NCBI GenBank assembly: GCA_950097015.1
Contig: CATNEN010000038.1
Span: 13,702,001-13,766,000 of the forward strand
DNA from: Macrostomum hystrix
Taxonomy: Eukaryota > Animalia > Platyhelminthes
Length of the DNA stretch: 64,000 bases
Direction: 5' to 3'
Both the position numbers and the translations under genes were made by a program. Positions 25,690 through 37,500 of the stretch are shown here, one piece after another; the first letter of the stretch is position 1, and each line of letters starts with the position of its first letter. The notes below the pieces were generated by a model. That model was given only the letters and a program-made list of their open reading frames with translations, was not told the DNA's origin and did no database searches.

Positions 25690-26433
25690 TGTCTGTCAGT
25701 CTCATGTGTGTGTCTGACAGTCTGATGTGAGTGTCTGTCAGTCTGATGTGAGTGTCTGTCAGTCTGTTGTGAGTGTCTGTCAGTCTGTTGTGAGTGTCTG
25801 TCAGTCTGTTGTGAGTGTCTGTCAGTCTCATGTGGGTGTCTGACAGTCTGATGTGAGTGTCTGTCAGTCCGATGTGAGTGTATGTCAGTCTGTTGTGAGT
25901 GTCTGTCAGTCTGATGTAAGTGTCGGTCAGTCTGATGTGGGTGTCTGTCGGTCTGATCTTATTGTCTGTCAGTCTGATCTAGGTGTCTCTCAGTCTGAGC
26001 TGGGTGTCTGTCAGTCTGATCCCAGTGTCTGTCAGTCTGATATGAGTTTCTGTCAGTCTGATCTAGGTGTCTGTCAGTCTGATCTAAGTGTCTGTCAGTC
26101 TGATCTAGGTGTCTCTCAGTCTGAGCTGGGTGTCTGTCAGTCTGATCCCAGTGTCTGTCAGTCTGATCCCAGTGTCTGTCAGTCTGATCCCAGTGTCTGT
26201 CAGTCTGATCCCAGTGTCTGTCAGTCTGATCCCAGTGTCTGTCAGTCTGATCTAAGTGTCTGTCAGTCTGATCTAGGTGTCTCTCAGTCTGATCTAGGTG
26301 TCTGTCAGTCTGAGCTGGGTGTCTGTCAGTCTGATCCCAGTGTCTGTCAGTCTGATCCCAGTGTCTGTCAGTCTGATCCTAGTGTCCGTCAGTCTGATCC
26401 CAGTGTCTGTCAGTCTGATCCTAGTGTCCGTCA
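25690..26433. repeat. 21-bp minisatellite (gtctgtcagtctgatcccagt family)
   Basis: Same unit core as the PTEN intron 1 array at 18017-18997. Confidence 0.9.
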
Positions 26434-26814
26434 GCATTTCGCTTATTCGAGTTATCTAACAGTTTCTTTATCTCTCCGATGTCTCCTTCGTTTTCATTTC
26501 GTTCTACCACGCGATGTTAAATACCATGTTAAATTAAGCTATTTAAAATCAATAACTGCTATTTCGTAATTCTGGTTTATGCCACAAGAATGCACTGTTG
26601 TCGGTGTTGTATAGTTTTATGAATCCGTTTTTTTATTTTTGTTGTTATATTCATTTTTTGAATTGAGCTTTTTCGGTTAATAATAAACCAGCTATAAAGC
26701 GAGATGTTTTATTTTTGAAATTTTAGATTATAATGCAATTAGAATTTACTTTATTAAGTTTCGAAATATCAGGTCTAAGCGACCGGTTGGATTTGTCGTT
26801 CAATCTGCTCCTGT

Positions 26815-27286
26815 TAGCTAGCACACTCTCAACCCCAGTGTACACACGGCACCAATCAGCTAGCACACTCTGAACCCCAGTGTACACACGGCACCAATCA
26901 GCTAGCACACTCTGAACCCCAGTGTACACACGGCACCAATCAGCTAGCACACTCTCAACCCCAGTGTACACACGGCACCAACCAGCTAGCACACTCTGAA
27001 CCCCAGTGTACACACGGCACCAATCAGCTAGCACACTCTCAACCCCAGTGTACACACGGCACCAACCAGCTAGCACACTCTGAACCCCAGTGTACACACG
27101 GCACCAACCAGCTAGCACACTCTGAACCCCAGTGTACACACGGCACCAACCAGCTAGCACACTCTGAACCCCAGTGTACACACGGCACCAATCAGCTAGC
27201 ACACTCTCAACCCCAGTGTACACACGGCACCAACCAGCTAGCACACTCTGAACCCCAGTGTACACACGGCACCAACCAGCTAGCAC
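26815..27286. repeat. 42-bp minisatellite (agctagcacactctgaaccccagtgtacacacggcaccaatc)
   Basis: ~11 tandem copies. Confidence 0.9.
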
Positions 27287-27937
27287 ATGTTAGGGTTTTT
27301 TCGAAACGTCTTTCTGTTTCCCATCCTCCCAGCCAGCCCCCACGAGGTATTTTATAATTCTGACATTTAGTAATTTAAACCCTCAGAGCTTACTGTGTAT
27401 ATAAATAGTTCTATTATTACCTGTGTATAATCCCTTTGGATGCGCTTTACGAATATGAATTAATAAATTTATGCCACTATCCACTGCCACCCAGCGCTGT
27501 AGAATTCAAATTTTGTATGTAGTAGCTTTAATATATTTTGTATTTCTTATGATCAGCCGTAGTTTCACCCCCCCCCCCTAATATCACTTTTACTGATTTT
27601 GACTATTTTGAATTTGGCACTTTTTAATCGTAACTATTTTATAGCCTGATTGGTATATTGCAGTTGAGTAGTGAGGACTGCACAGCTGGGTAGAAGCTAA
27701 ACTAGATCTACGTGATTGAGCACGGTATTATTGATGGATGTAGCATTGCAACTGAAATAAATACAGCCATATAATACTCTATTGTGTTCTGCTTCTCTGT
27801 ATGTCCGTGAGCAATCTCATTGTGGAGTTTCATTTTTAAAAAGTAATTTCTTGGTCTTTTGCAGATGTTTTTTACTTTTTTTAATCGTCCCGATAACTAC
27901 TTTTTAACTGTGGCAAATTTTTAAATGCTCATTTTAA

Positions 27938-28226
27938 TAATTGATTACACCTGCCCCAATTGGGCCATATGTGCAGCCGATAGCACAGCCGCAGCTAATG
28001 CGCGGCGCATCTGAAGGCTGGGTACAGCTGTTCAGTCCATGGACTGGGGGGACGCCACACCCACCTTCAATTATCCCAGCTGATGCTGGTACCCATTTAA
28101 CAGCTGGGTGAACTGAAGCAATGCAGAGTTAAGTGTCTTGCTAAAGGACACAAATTGTTCCAGTGGAGTCGGGTATCGAACCCCCGACCTTCAAGTTGTG
28201 AGTCCGATGCCCTAACCTAGGCTACA
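27938..28226 (-). mobile_element. SINE family A copy (near full length)
   Basis: Close reverse complement of 46118-46420. Confidence 0.85.
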
Positions 28227-28254
28227 TATATATAAATGCTAAAAAAATTAAAAC

Positions 28255-28385
28255 GTTAGATTGCTTCAGCTGTTAGATTGCTTCAGCTGTTAGATTGCTT
28301 CAGCTGTTAGATTGCTTCAGCTGTTAGATTGCTTCAGCTGTTAGATTGCTTCAGCTGTTAGATTGCTTCAGCTGTTAGATTGTTT
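28255..28385. repeat. 17-bp tandem repeat (ttagattgcttcagctg)
   Basis: ~7 copies. Confidence 0.85.
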
Positions 28386-28557
28386 CTCAGGTGTTAGACT
28401 AATGCTAGGTGGTAACCTGTGGGACTGACTAATCAACGTAACTGTATTTGCACATGTCTAGAGCAGTCAAGTGTAATGCATTCAAGCGTACTATTAGTTA
28501 AGGACATTCAAAATGAGAAAGCGGCAATCAAAACGAGAATTAGGAAGGCAAAACAAT

Positions 28558-28788
28558 CTAACGATCAAACAGTAAAACATTTTTACAGTATATATAATCA
28601 TTTTTGCAAGCCTTCTTTTTACCACCTCGTGGTAACGCCTGAACCCTTCCATCCTGCGTATATGCTCGCATAATTCTATACGCAGTTGCAATCGGCACTT
28701 GCGGGATGGCTGCTGCGGCTTTTAGTGTTGCCCCTGCTCTATAGCAGACACCAAGCGTTGCCTGTCGACTGAGGATATTGGTGCTCAA
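28558..28788 (-). mobile_element. Possible Tc1/IS630-like transposase N-terminal HTH remnant
   Basis: ..AGATLKAAAAIPQVPIATAYRIMRAYTQDGRVQALPRGGKK resembles an HTH plus GRPR-like linker. No DDE domain is seen. Confidence 0.35.
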
Positions 28789-29054
28789 GAAATAGCAAAG
28801 AAAGAAGCGAGAGAAAACCTAACGGGCGGAGAGCAAGGCAATGCAGGGAGTTTTTCAACTTTCACTTCCTACTCGTAGTTTTATCATTTTGGTTGTCTCT
28901 AGTCTATGGTCGAAAGGGTGAATTTTCTTCTGAGTGCCTGAATTCATTCTCGTTTTGGTTGTCCAAACGTCTATGTTCTCTAGCGGCGAGGTTCACTGAG
29001 GATAGCCATAACCAACATATATAATGTTCTCGCCTCGACTTAACGCTTATACAC

Positions 29055-29305
29055 TGATAGAAGTGGTTGTTTTCAATGCGTCAGACTCTACTTCGAGATC
29101 GGGGGTTCGATTCCCGACTCCAATGAAACAATTTTCATTTTTATTGTGTCTAGTGTACAGACACAATTAACTCTGCATTGCTTCAGTTCACCCAGCTGTA
29201 TCTGGGGTTAATTGAGGGTGGTTGTAGCGTCCATGGACTTATTAACAGCCCTACGCAGCCTTATAATGCGCCGCGCAACAGATTGATGCAGGTGCAATCA
29301 ATTAT
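29055..29305 (+). mobile_element. Degenerate SINE family A copy
   Basis: gggggttcgattcccgactcca; ttaactctgcattgcttcagttcacccagctg. Confidence 0.7.
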
Positions 29306-29669
29306 TGTTGTAATTTCTAGATTCTATTCTGTTAGACGGATTAGCTAGATAATTCTAGAAAGGAATTGCAACCTGAACTACTGGGAGGAGTCCTCTTAAC
29401 AGTTAGCGAGTTAAAAATCACTTATTTAATTGCCCTGCCACAGCAGGGCAATTAACAGTGGGCGAGATGCCAGGGACCCTGGCAATTTTGAGCATGCTCC
29501 AAGCTCCTAATTATTCCCTAATTTAATAGTGAATTGAAATAGTAGAACACTCCTCAACTTCCTGTCAGTCGGTGGTTGAATTTTTCACCTGCGCCAGGCA
29601 ATTTTCTTATCAATTAATTTGATCTTTTGCAGAGGTGAAAATATTTCACCGCTCAACTCAAAATCAGCA

Positions 29670-29751
29670 GACGAGGTGGCCGAGTGGTTATGGCGATGGA
29701 CTGCTAATCCATTGGGGTTTCCCCGCGTGGGTTCGAATCCCATCCTCGTCG
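29670..29751 (+). tRNA. tRNA-Ser (anticodon GCT)
   Basis: GACGAGG acceptor stem pairs with CCTCGTC+G; anticodon arm atgga-ctgctaa-tccat; long variable arm gggg-ttt-cccc; T-arm GGTTCGAATCC; downstream T-run terminator. Confidence 0.95.
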
Positions 29752-30191
29752 TATTTGCGAATTTTTTTTATACAAAAAAACTAAGCGATAATACAATTAA
29801 ATATATATAGCACATGTATTAAATTGCGAATTCATTTTTCCTTGTTGCTAAAATAATTCTAACAAGTACATTGCAAAATTCTAGAAAAAAATAAAGCGTT
29901 AAATACTACTTTTACTACTTCTTTTAAAATCGATGCGACGAAAGTCACGGAAAATGTCGGAAAAACCGGTTGAATCATTTGGCGACAATTTATTGCAGAA
30001 AATCTAACAAACTCTTGGATGTCAATGTAAGTTTGTTAATTCAATACCAGATTTTTAACTTGTTCTATTTTATCCAGATAATTTATTTATTTATTCTGTT
30101 GAAAATTTGTGAATTAGCGCACAATTGCAAATCATACTACTAGCGACAGGCTAAATTAGTAATACAGGAATATACGAGTACTAGGCGTCAA

Positions 30192-33100
30192 TCAAAGCTT
30201 GGCAAAGCTGGGCTTCTCTTTGCTCAGCGAGGCTGCCACCGCCTTGGCCACGTCCTCGCTCTGCAGCATTGCGGCATTTTCGGCGGAGATGTGCTCTAGA
30301 CCTTCGGCCACCGGATGATCGCGGGCGAATAGCAGAGCCCGCTTGGCTGTCTGCACAGCTACGGGACTCTTGGCGGCGATGTCACTGGCCAGGCTCAGTG
30401 CGGCAGCCAGCAGACGGTCCCTATCCTCCAGGACTCGGCTGACAAGGCCGACCCTGAGAGCCTCCTCAGCTGGCAGCCGTCGGCCGGTGAAGGTCAGCTC
30501 TGCCAGGAGGCTGGCGTTGCCAAGCAGTTTTGGCAGGCGCTGCAGCGAGCCCAGGTCAGCTGCTAGGCCTAGGTCTACCTGTGGGACGATATGTATCGAA
30601 AAACAAAAATTAAATGTTTAATAGAGACATACGGGGTGAATCCTGAATATTTGGAGTAGATCCTGAGAACTTGGGGTAGATCGGGAAGTCCTAGGATAGA
30701 TTCTAAGGATTTTGGGTGGATTCTGAGTATATTTGTGCAGATTTTTAGGATCCAGAGGATCTGGGATACATACTTAGAATTTTTTATAGATCCCGAGGAT
30801 CTGGGATATATATTCTTAGAATATTTTATGGATCCAGAGGATCTGAGACAGATTCTGAGAATCTTTTGTAAATTCTGGGATAGATTATGAGGATTTTGGG
30901 TGAGTTCTGATGATATTGAGTAGATCTTAGGGTTTTGAGATAGATTCTAAGGATCTGGGATAGATTCTGAGGATCTGGGTTATATTCTGAGGATCTGGGA
31001 TAGATTTTGAGGATCTGGGATAGATTCTGAGGATCTGGGATAGATTTTGAGGATCTAGGATAGATTCTGAGGATCTGGGATAGATTTTGAGGATCTAGGA
31101 TAGATTCTGAGGATCTGGGATAGATTTTGAGGATCTGGGATAGATTCTGAGGATCTGGGAAAGATTCTGAGGATCTGGGTTATATTCTGAGGATCTGGGA
31201 TAGATTTTGAGGATCTAGGATAGATTCTGAGGATCTGGGATAGATTTTGAAGATCTAGGATAGATTCTGAGGATCTGGGATAGATTTTGAGGATCTAGGA
31301 TAGATTCTGAGGATCTGGGATAGATTTTGAGGATCTGGGATAGATTCTGAGGATCTGGGAAAGATTCTGAGGATCTGGGTTATATTCTGAGGATCTGGGA
31401 TAGATTTTGAGGATCTGGGATAGATTTTGAAGATCTAGGATAGATTCTGAGGATCTGGGATAGATTTTGAGGATCTAGGATAGATTCTGAGGATCTGGGT
31501 TATATTCTGAGGATCTGGGATAGATTTTGAGGATCTGGGATAGATTCTGAGGATCTGGGTTATATTCTGAGGATCTGGGTTATATTCTGAGGATCTGGGT
31601 TATATTCTGAGGATCTGGGATAGATTTTGAGGATCTGGGATAGATTCTGAGGATCTGGGATAGATTTTGAGGATCTGGGATAGATTTTGAGGATCTGGGA
31701 TAGATTTTGAGGATCTGGGATAGATTCTGAGAATCTGGGACAGATTCTGAGGATCTGGGATAGATTCTGAGGATCTGGGATAGATTCTGAGGATCTGGGA
31801 TAGATTCTGAGAATCTGGGATAGATTCTGAGGATCTGGGATAGATTCTGAGAATCTGGGATAGATTCTGAGGACTTGGGAAAGATTAGTTTAATTTGGGG
31901 TACTCAATAGATATGAAAATCAAGTGAGGATATACTAGGACATCAGCCAAGCCGCACCTCCTTGATAGAGAAGAAGGCATCTGAGCTGCAGTAGCGAATG
32001 TCGGCAGCGGCAATCAGGTCCACGCCTCCGCCGATGCAGCCGCTGTGCACCGCGGCCACGACAGGCTTGCCGCACCGCTCCAACGCATTCAGGCCGGCCT
32101 GCAGGCGCGCCAGCACGCGACGAATGGTGGCTGCGCGACGAGCTGGATCCTGCGGGGATGGCGGATTCAAATTAGGGATTACCACTCTAAGCACTCTCGT
32201 TGGGGATGGTCACTCTAAGCACTCCCATCGGGGATGGTCACTCTAAGCACACTAATTGGGGATGGTCACTCTAAGCACACTAATTGAGGATGGTCACTCT
32301 AAGCACTCTCATCGGGGATTGTCACTCTGAGCACTCTCATCGGGGATTGTCACTCTAAGCACTCTCATCGGGGATTGTCACTCTAAGCACTGTCATCGGG
32401 GATTGTCACTCTAAGCACTCCCATCGGGGATTGTCACTCTAAGCACTGTCATCGGGGATTGCCACTCTAAGCACTCTCATCGGGGATTGTCACTCTAAGC
32501 ACTGTCATCGGGGATTGTCACTCTAAGCACTCCCATCGGGGATTGTCACTCTAAGCACTCCCATCGGGGATGGTCACTCTAAGCACACTAATTGGGGATG
32601 GTCACTCTAAGCACACTAATTGGGGATGGTCACTCTAAGCACTCTCATCGGGGATTGTCACTCTGAGCACTCTCATCGGGGATTGTCACTCTAAGCACTC
32701 TCATCGGGGATTGTCACTCTAAGCACTCCCATCGGGGATTGTCACTCTAAGCGGGGCTAGAAGGTTAGAACTACGCGTGTGAGCTCGGCTGTGCACCTGG
32801 TCGGGGTCAGAGTTGCCCAGCAGCTGAGCAGCATCGACCAGGTCTAGGCCAGCAGTAAAGTGCTTGCCCTCGGCGGACAGCACCGCAACGCGGCAGTCGG
32901 GATCTTCGCCGATAGCATCGAAGCAGCGGCCAATCTCGTCGAAGAACGCCCAGGTCATGGAGTTGAGCCGATCCGGCCGGCACAGCTGCACGTGGCGAAC
33001 AAACTCGGCAGGCTGGGTCACTCGCAGGTGGGTCAGCTGGCCGTAGACAGCTGCCGGATCGGCTGAAGCCATGACGCGGCTGGGTCCGGAGCACAGGCGA

Positions 33101-33198
33101 CGCAGACGAGTAGTGCTGGCTGCAAGTGCTCGGACGCTGGACAGAAGCAGGCGAGGAGAAGAAGCCTGTGGACAGCCGGTTTTTATTTTTCGATACAT
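30192..33198 (-). CDS. ECH1: Delta(3,5)-delta(2,4)-dienoyl-CoA isomerase (crotonase family), 3 exons (33198-32797, 32149-31958, 30578-30192), ~326 aa
   Basis: GKHFTAGLDL; KPVVAAVHSGCIGGGVDLIAAADIRYCSSDAFFSIKE|VDLGLAADLGSLQRLPK; C-terminal PTS1 -AKL. Exons are in phase (981 nt). The start could instead be the downstream Met (MASADP). Confidence 0.92.
30940..31885. repeat. 20-bp minisatellite (gatctgggatagattctgag)
   Basis: Fills ECH1 intron 2, with degenerate units extending to ~30640. Confidence 0.92.
32180..32750. repeat. 28-bp minisatellite (cactctaagcactctcatcggggattgt)
   Basis: Fills almost all of ECH1 intron 1. Confidence 0.92.
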
Positions 33199-34049
33199 AT
33201 CGGCAAAAGAAATTATAGGCACAATGGTCTTTTGTACAATATTAATTATATTTTTCGATACATATCGGATTGCTAATTTGGTTTAAAGCCTCCGAAAAAA
33301 TCTGCCTAGACTTATTAGCATTTTTTACAAATACTTAATTCCCTTTTGTAAAGTAAAAAAATAACAAAAGTAAAAGTAAATCGGTTAGATATCAAAGGAA
33401 ATGTCGATGGATGTTTTATTGTTTGTCTTTTTCTAGCCAAGAGGACACAATAAGGGCCACGGTTGAATGCAGAAACTACGAGTATAGACTTTTCCACGGG
33501 CGAAAAAACTGCATGTCATTAAAAAAACTAACAGCGGGTGGGTCGCATGTGAAGCGAAGATTTCCGGTTGAGAACTAACCTTAAAGCAATGCTACGAATT
33601 ATGCTACTACTAGTAGCTACAGTAAAACTAAAAGACAAATTATTCAGTAGTAAATTACAAATATGTCTCAAAGTTTAGACGCGCAAAAAGAGAAAAACAA
33701 AAAACATAAAATTGGAGTGGTTTGTTTTTCTTTCCGCGAAATTAAAATTAATACAATTAAAAAATTACAGAAAAATAGACGACAAAAGTGCTTTAAATTG
33801 CAAGCTGAACGCACAACAAACAAGGAGGGACAAGATAACAGGAGCATGCAATCATCGCAAGCACTAACTAAACAACTTTAGCCTTTGACAGAATAATTGA
33901 ATAAACCAATTTGAAACGAAACTTAAGTACGGAAAAGAATGGCCGACGAAAATAACCGTGCTTTTTAGAAATTGGAGGCTTGAGTTTCAATTAGAACGAT
34001 TACAAGGTCGACATAATGTATTTTGTTATGTTGAGAGTGGAAACAATAA

Positions 34050-34412
34050 TACAGACAGGCAGCAACTGACAGACAAGAGGCAGAGAGGCAGAGATACAGA
34101 GAGGCAGACAAAACCTGACAGACAAGAATACAGACAGGCAGGCAATAACTGACAGACAAGAATAGACAGCCAGGCAACAACTGGCAAACAAGAATACAGC
34201 CAGACAGGCAATAACTGACAGACAAGAATACAGACAGCCAGGCAGACAGCTGACAGACAAGAATACAGACAGACAGGCAACAACTGACAGACAAGAATAC
34301 AGTCAGACAGGCAACAACTGACAGACAAGAATACAGACAGACAGGCAACAACTGACAGACAAGAATACAGCCAGCCAGGCAGACAACTGACAGACAAGAA
34401 TACAGACAGACA
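34050..34412. repeat. ~31-bp minisatellite (caactgacagacaagaatacagacagacagg)
   Basis: Tandem array between the hnRNP L stop and the ECH1 start. Confidence 0.85.
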
Positions 34413-34538
34413 AAGGCAGGTGCAAAAATGGGTTAGCTAGCAGACTACTGTAGCAAAGGTTGTACAAAATCAGCATTAGTTAGCAAGTCATCAGGTGCAC
34501 AATGTAATCAAACTGTAAATGGCCATGTAGTTCTTCAT

Positions 34539-37500
34539 TCAACGGTCGCGCTTATTAACAGCATAGGTGAGCTTTAGCTTGCTGTTGTCGCTTATCTGCG
34601 AGTGATTGGCCAAGCAGATGGCGTCAGTGGCGTCGCTGGCGTTGGCGAAGGTGATCCAGCCGGTGCTGCCCTTCTCGTTCTGCGGCGACATCTCGATGGG
34701 GTTGGCGGTCCCGGCTTTCTTCAGAGCCTCGCGAATATCCTGTGCGAATGAGCGACCGACTTAGCTTATCTTTACGTGTGTTTTGACATGTTCAGGTGCA
34801 TTTATCTACCTGTGTGTGAGGTGTCTGTGCATTTATCTACTTGTGTGTCAGGTGTCAGTCCATTTATCTACCTGTGTGTGAGGTGTCTGTGCATTTATAT
34901 ACTTGTGTGTCAGGTTTCAGTCCATTTATCTACCTGTGTGTGAGGTGTCTGTGCATTTATCTACTTGTGTGTCAGGTGTCAGTCCATTTATCTACCTGTG
35001 TGTGAGGTGTCTGTGCATTTATCTACCTGTGTGTCAGGTGTCTGTGCATTTATCTACCTGTGTGTCAGGTGTCAGTCCATTTATCTACCTGTGTGTGAGG
35101 TGTCTGTGCATTTATCTACTTGTGTGTCAGGTTTCAGTCCATTTATCTACCTGTGTGTGAGGTGTCTGTGCATTTATCTACCTGTGTGTGAGGTGTCTGT
35201 GCATTTATCTACCTGTGTGTGAGGTGTCTGTGCATTTATCTACTTGTGTGTGAGGTGTCAGTCCATTTATCTACCTGTGTGTGAGGTGTCTGTGCATTTA
35301 TCTACCTGTGTGTGAGGTGTCTGTGCATTTATCTACCTGTGTGTGAGGTGTCTGTGCATTTATCTACCTGTGTGTGAGGTGTCTGTGCATTTATCTACTT
35401 GTGTGTCAGGTGTCAGTCCATTTATCTACCTGTGTGTCAGGTGTCAGTCCATTTATCTACCTGTGTGTCAGGTGTCAGTCCATTTATCTACCTGTGTGTC
35501 AGGTGTCAGTCCATTTATCTACCTGTGTGTGAGGTGTCTGTGCATTTATCTACCTGTGTGTCAGGTGTCTGTGCATTTATCTACCTGTGTGTGAGGTGTC
35601 TGTGCATTTATCTACTTGTGTGTCAGGTGTCAGTCCATTTATCTACCTGTGTGTCAGGTGTCTGTGCATTTATCTACCTGTGTGTCAGGTGTCAGTCCAT
35701 TTATCTACTTGTGTGTCAGGTGTCAGTCCATTTATCTACCTGTGTGTCAGGTGTCTGTGCATTTATCTAACTGTGTGTCAGGTGTCTGTGCATTTATCGA
35801 CCTTTGTCTCTGGTATCTGAGCAGTTGTTATTTACCTTTTCGCTAGTGCCATCGGCACAACCCCAGTAGTACAGCACACGGCCGGTGCGGCCAATGGAGG
35901 CCTGATTGCGGGCCACAGCGTCCTGACTCATGAACCGGTTCAGCTTGGCCATTTCGAACGACTTCTCAGCCGGACTGCCGTCGGCCAGAGTGAAATCCTT
36001 CGAGTTGCTCTTCACAGCGCCCTGGGTTGAGTGGGTCACCTGAGGGATGAAAGATAAAAGTAGACGGCATGCATCTAAACTAGTCTTGATCGATATGGAA
36101 CAGACACAGTTGGATTGATAAAAAAATATAACTCTAAAACTGCAGCTTTCAGTTGTTTTTAAGAAGGAAATATCGTAAATTTAATCGCAATTATTTACTA
36201 ATGTCATTACTTCCCGTCACTTCCGTCACAAGTAGTATAAAAGTTTAGTATATAGGATTAGAACAAGTAAATAATTCCTAAATACTATGTAAACATTGTT
36301 GGGCTAAGATTCGAACTCCAGACCGAACCCAGCAGATTTTCTAATAAATTTTCTCCTTGGTTGAGATTCGAACTCCAGACCGAACCCAGCAGAATTTTAA
36401 ATTGTTCTGTCTAGGTTGCCGAGATTCGAACTCCAGACCTCTCGGTCAGTTTGAGTCTCAAAGCGCTCCACTGGGCTAGATGAGAAGCACAACGCGTACA
36501 GTCGACCTCCTAACCTTGAGTGTGCCGCCCAGGACAGTCTGTCCATGCAGAAAGTCTACAGCCTGCTGAGCTGATGAGGCATCAAGCATCTGGACTAGGG
36601 CGAAGCCTTCGCGGCTAGTGACAAACTTGATGCGGCCAACGTTGCCGTACAGTGCCAGAATGTTGAACAGCCGATCGCAGTTCATCTGGGAGCTGAGGCC
36701 GCGAATTACCACAACACAATGCTCGGACGGGCCCTGGAGTGGCAGTTAAAAATTGGCGAGTTGGCCTACTGACAGTAGAGATGCAAGCGCGCAATTCGAA
36801 ACTGAAGAATATTCTGCATAAAAAGACACAAAATGAACTTTTCTGAGAGTAGAAATTCTCACAGGTGCTTTTTGGCCCTGCTGCTGCTGCTGCTGCGCAA
36901 TAGCCGAAAGCATGCCGATTCCACTGATAACAGCCTGCTGCTGCTGTAGGCCAGCTGGTCCAGCTAGTGGCGCCTGCTGCGGCTGCTGAGGCAGTCTTGG
37001 CCGCTTGCCACCAGGGGCGCCGCCCATCATCATCATCATCATGGGGTCGCTGCCAGCTGGTCCCTGGGCCTCGTATCTGTATTCCTCGTGCACGGCGTAA
37101 CGCGAAGCGAAATATTCAAAGGCGGTGTGACGCGCGTACTCGCATCTGATAGCGTTGCAGCCGGCGTACATATTGGCGCCGTTCAGATTCGGCTTGGTTA
37201 GAACGGCATCTTCGAGCTTTTCGAATTCTAGAACAGCTCGCATTAGGCCGTCTGGCTGACGAACTAGCAGACAGCTGAAGTAGTTCAAGTATTTCAAGTG
37301 TGAAGTAGCTCAGTGTCGCAATACTCAGAGGATGGTTACCAGCCGGTCAAAAGGTTTTGAGGTGTACAGGGTAGTTGCCAGCCAATCAAAAGGTTTTGGG
37401 GTGTACAGGGTGGTTACCAGCCAATCAAAAGGTTTTGAGGTGTACAGGGTAATTGCCAGCGAATCAAAAGGCGTTGAGGTGTACATGGTGGTTACCAGCC

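Noticed and set aside
26815-27286. CRISPR-like regular repeats
   Set aside because: Units are contiguous with no unique spacers, no cas genes are present, and the context is eukaryotic.
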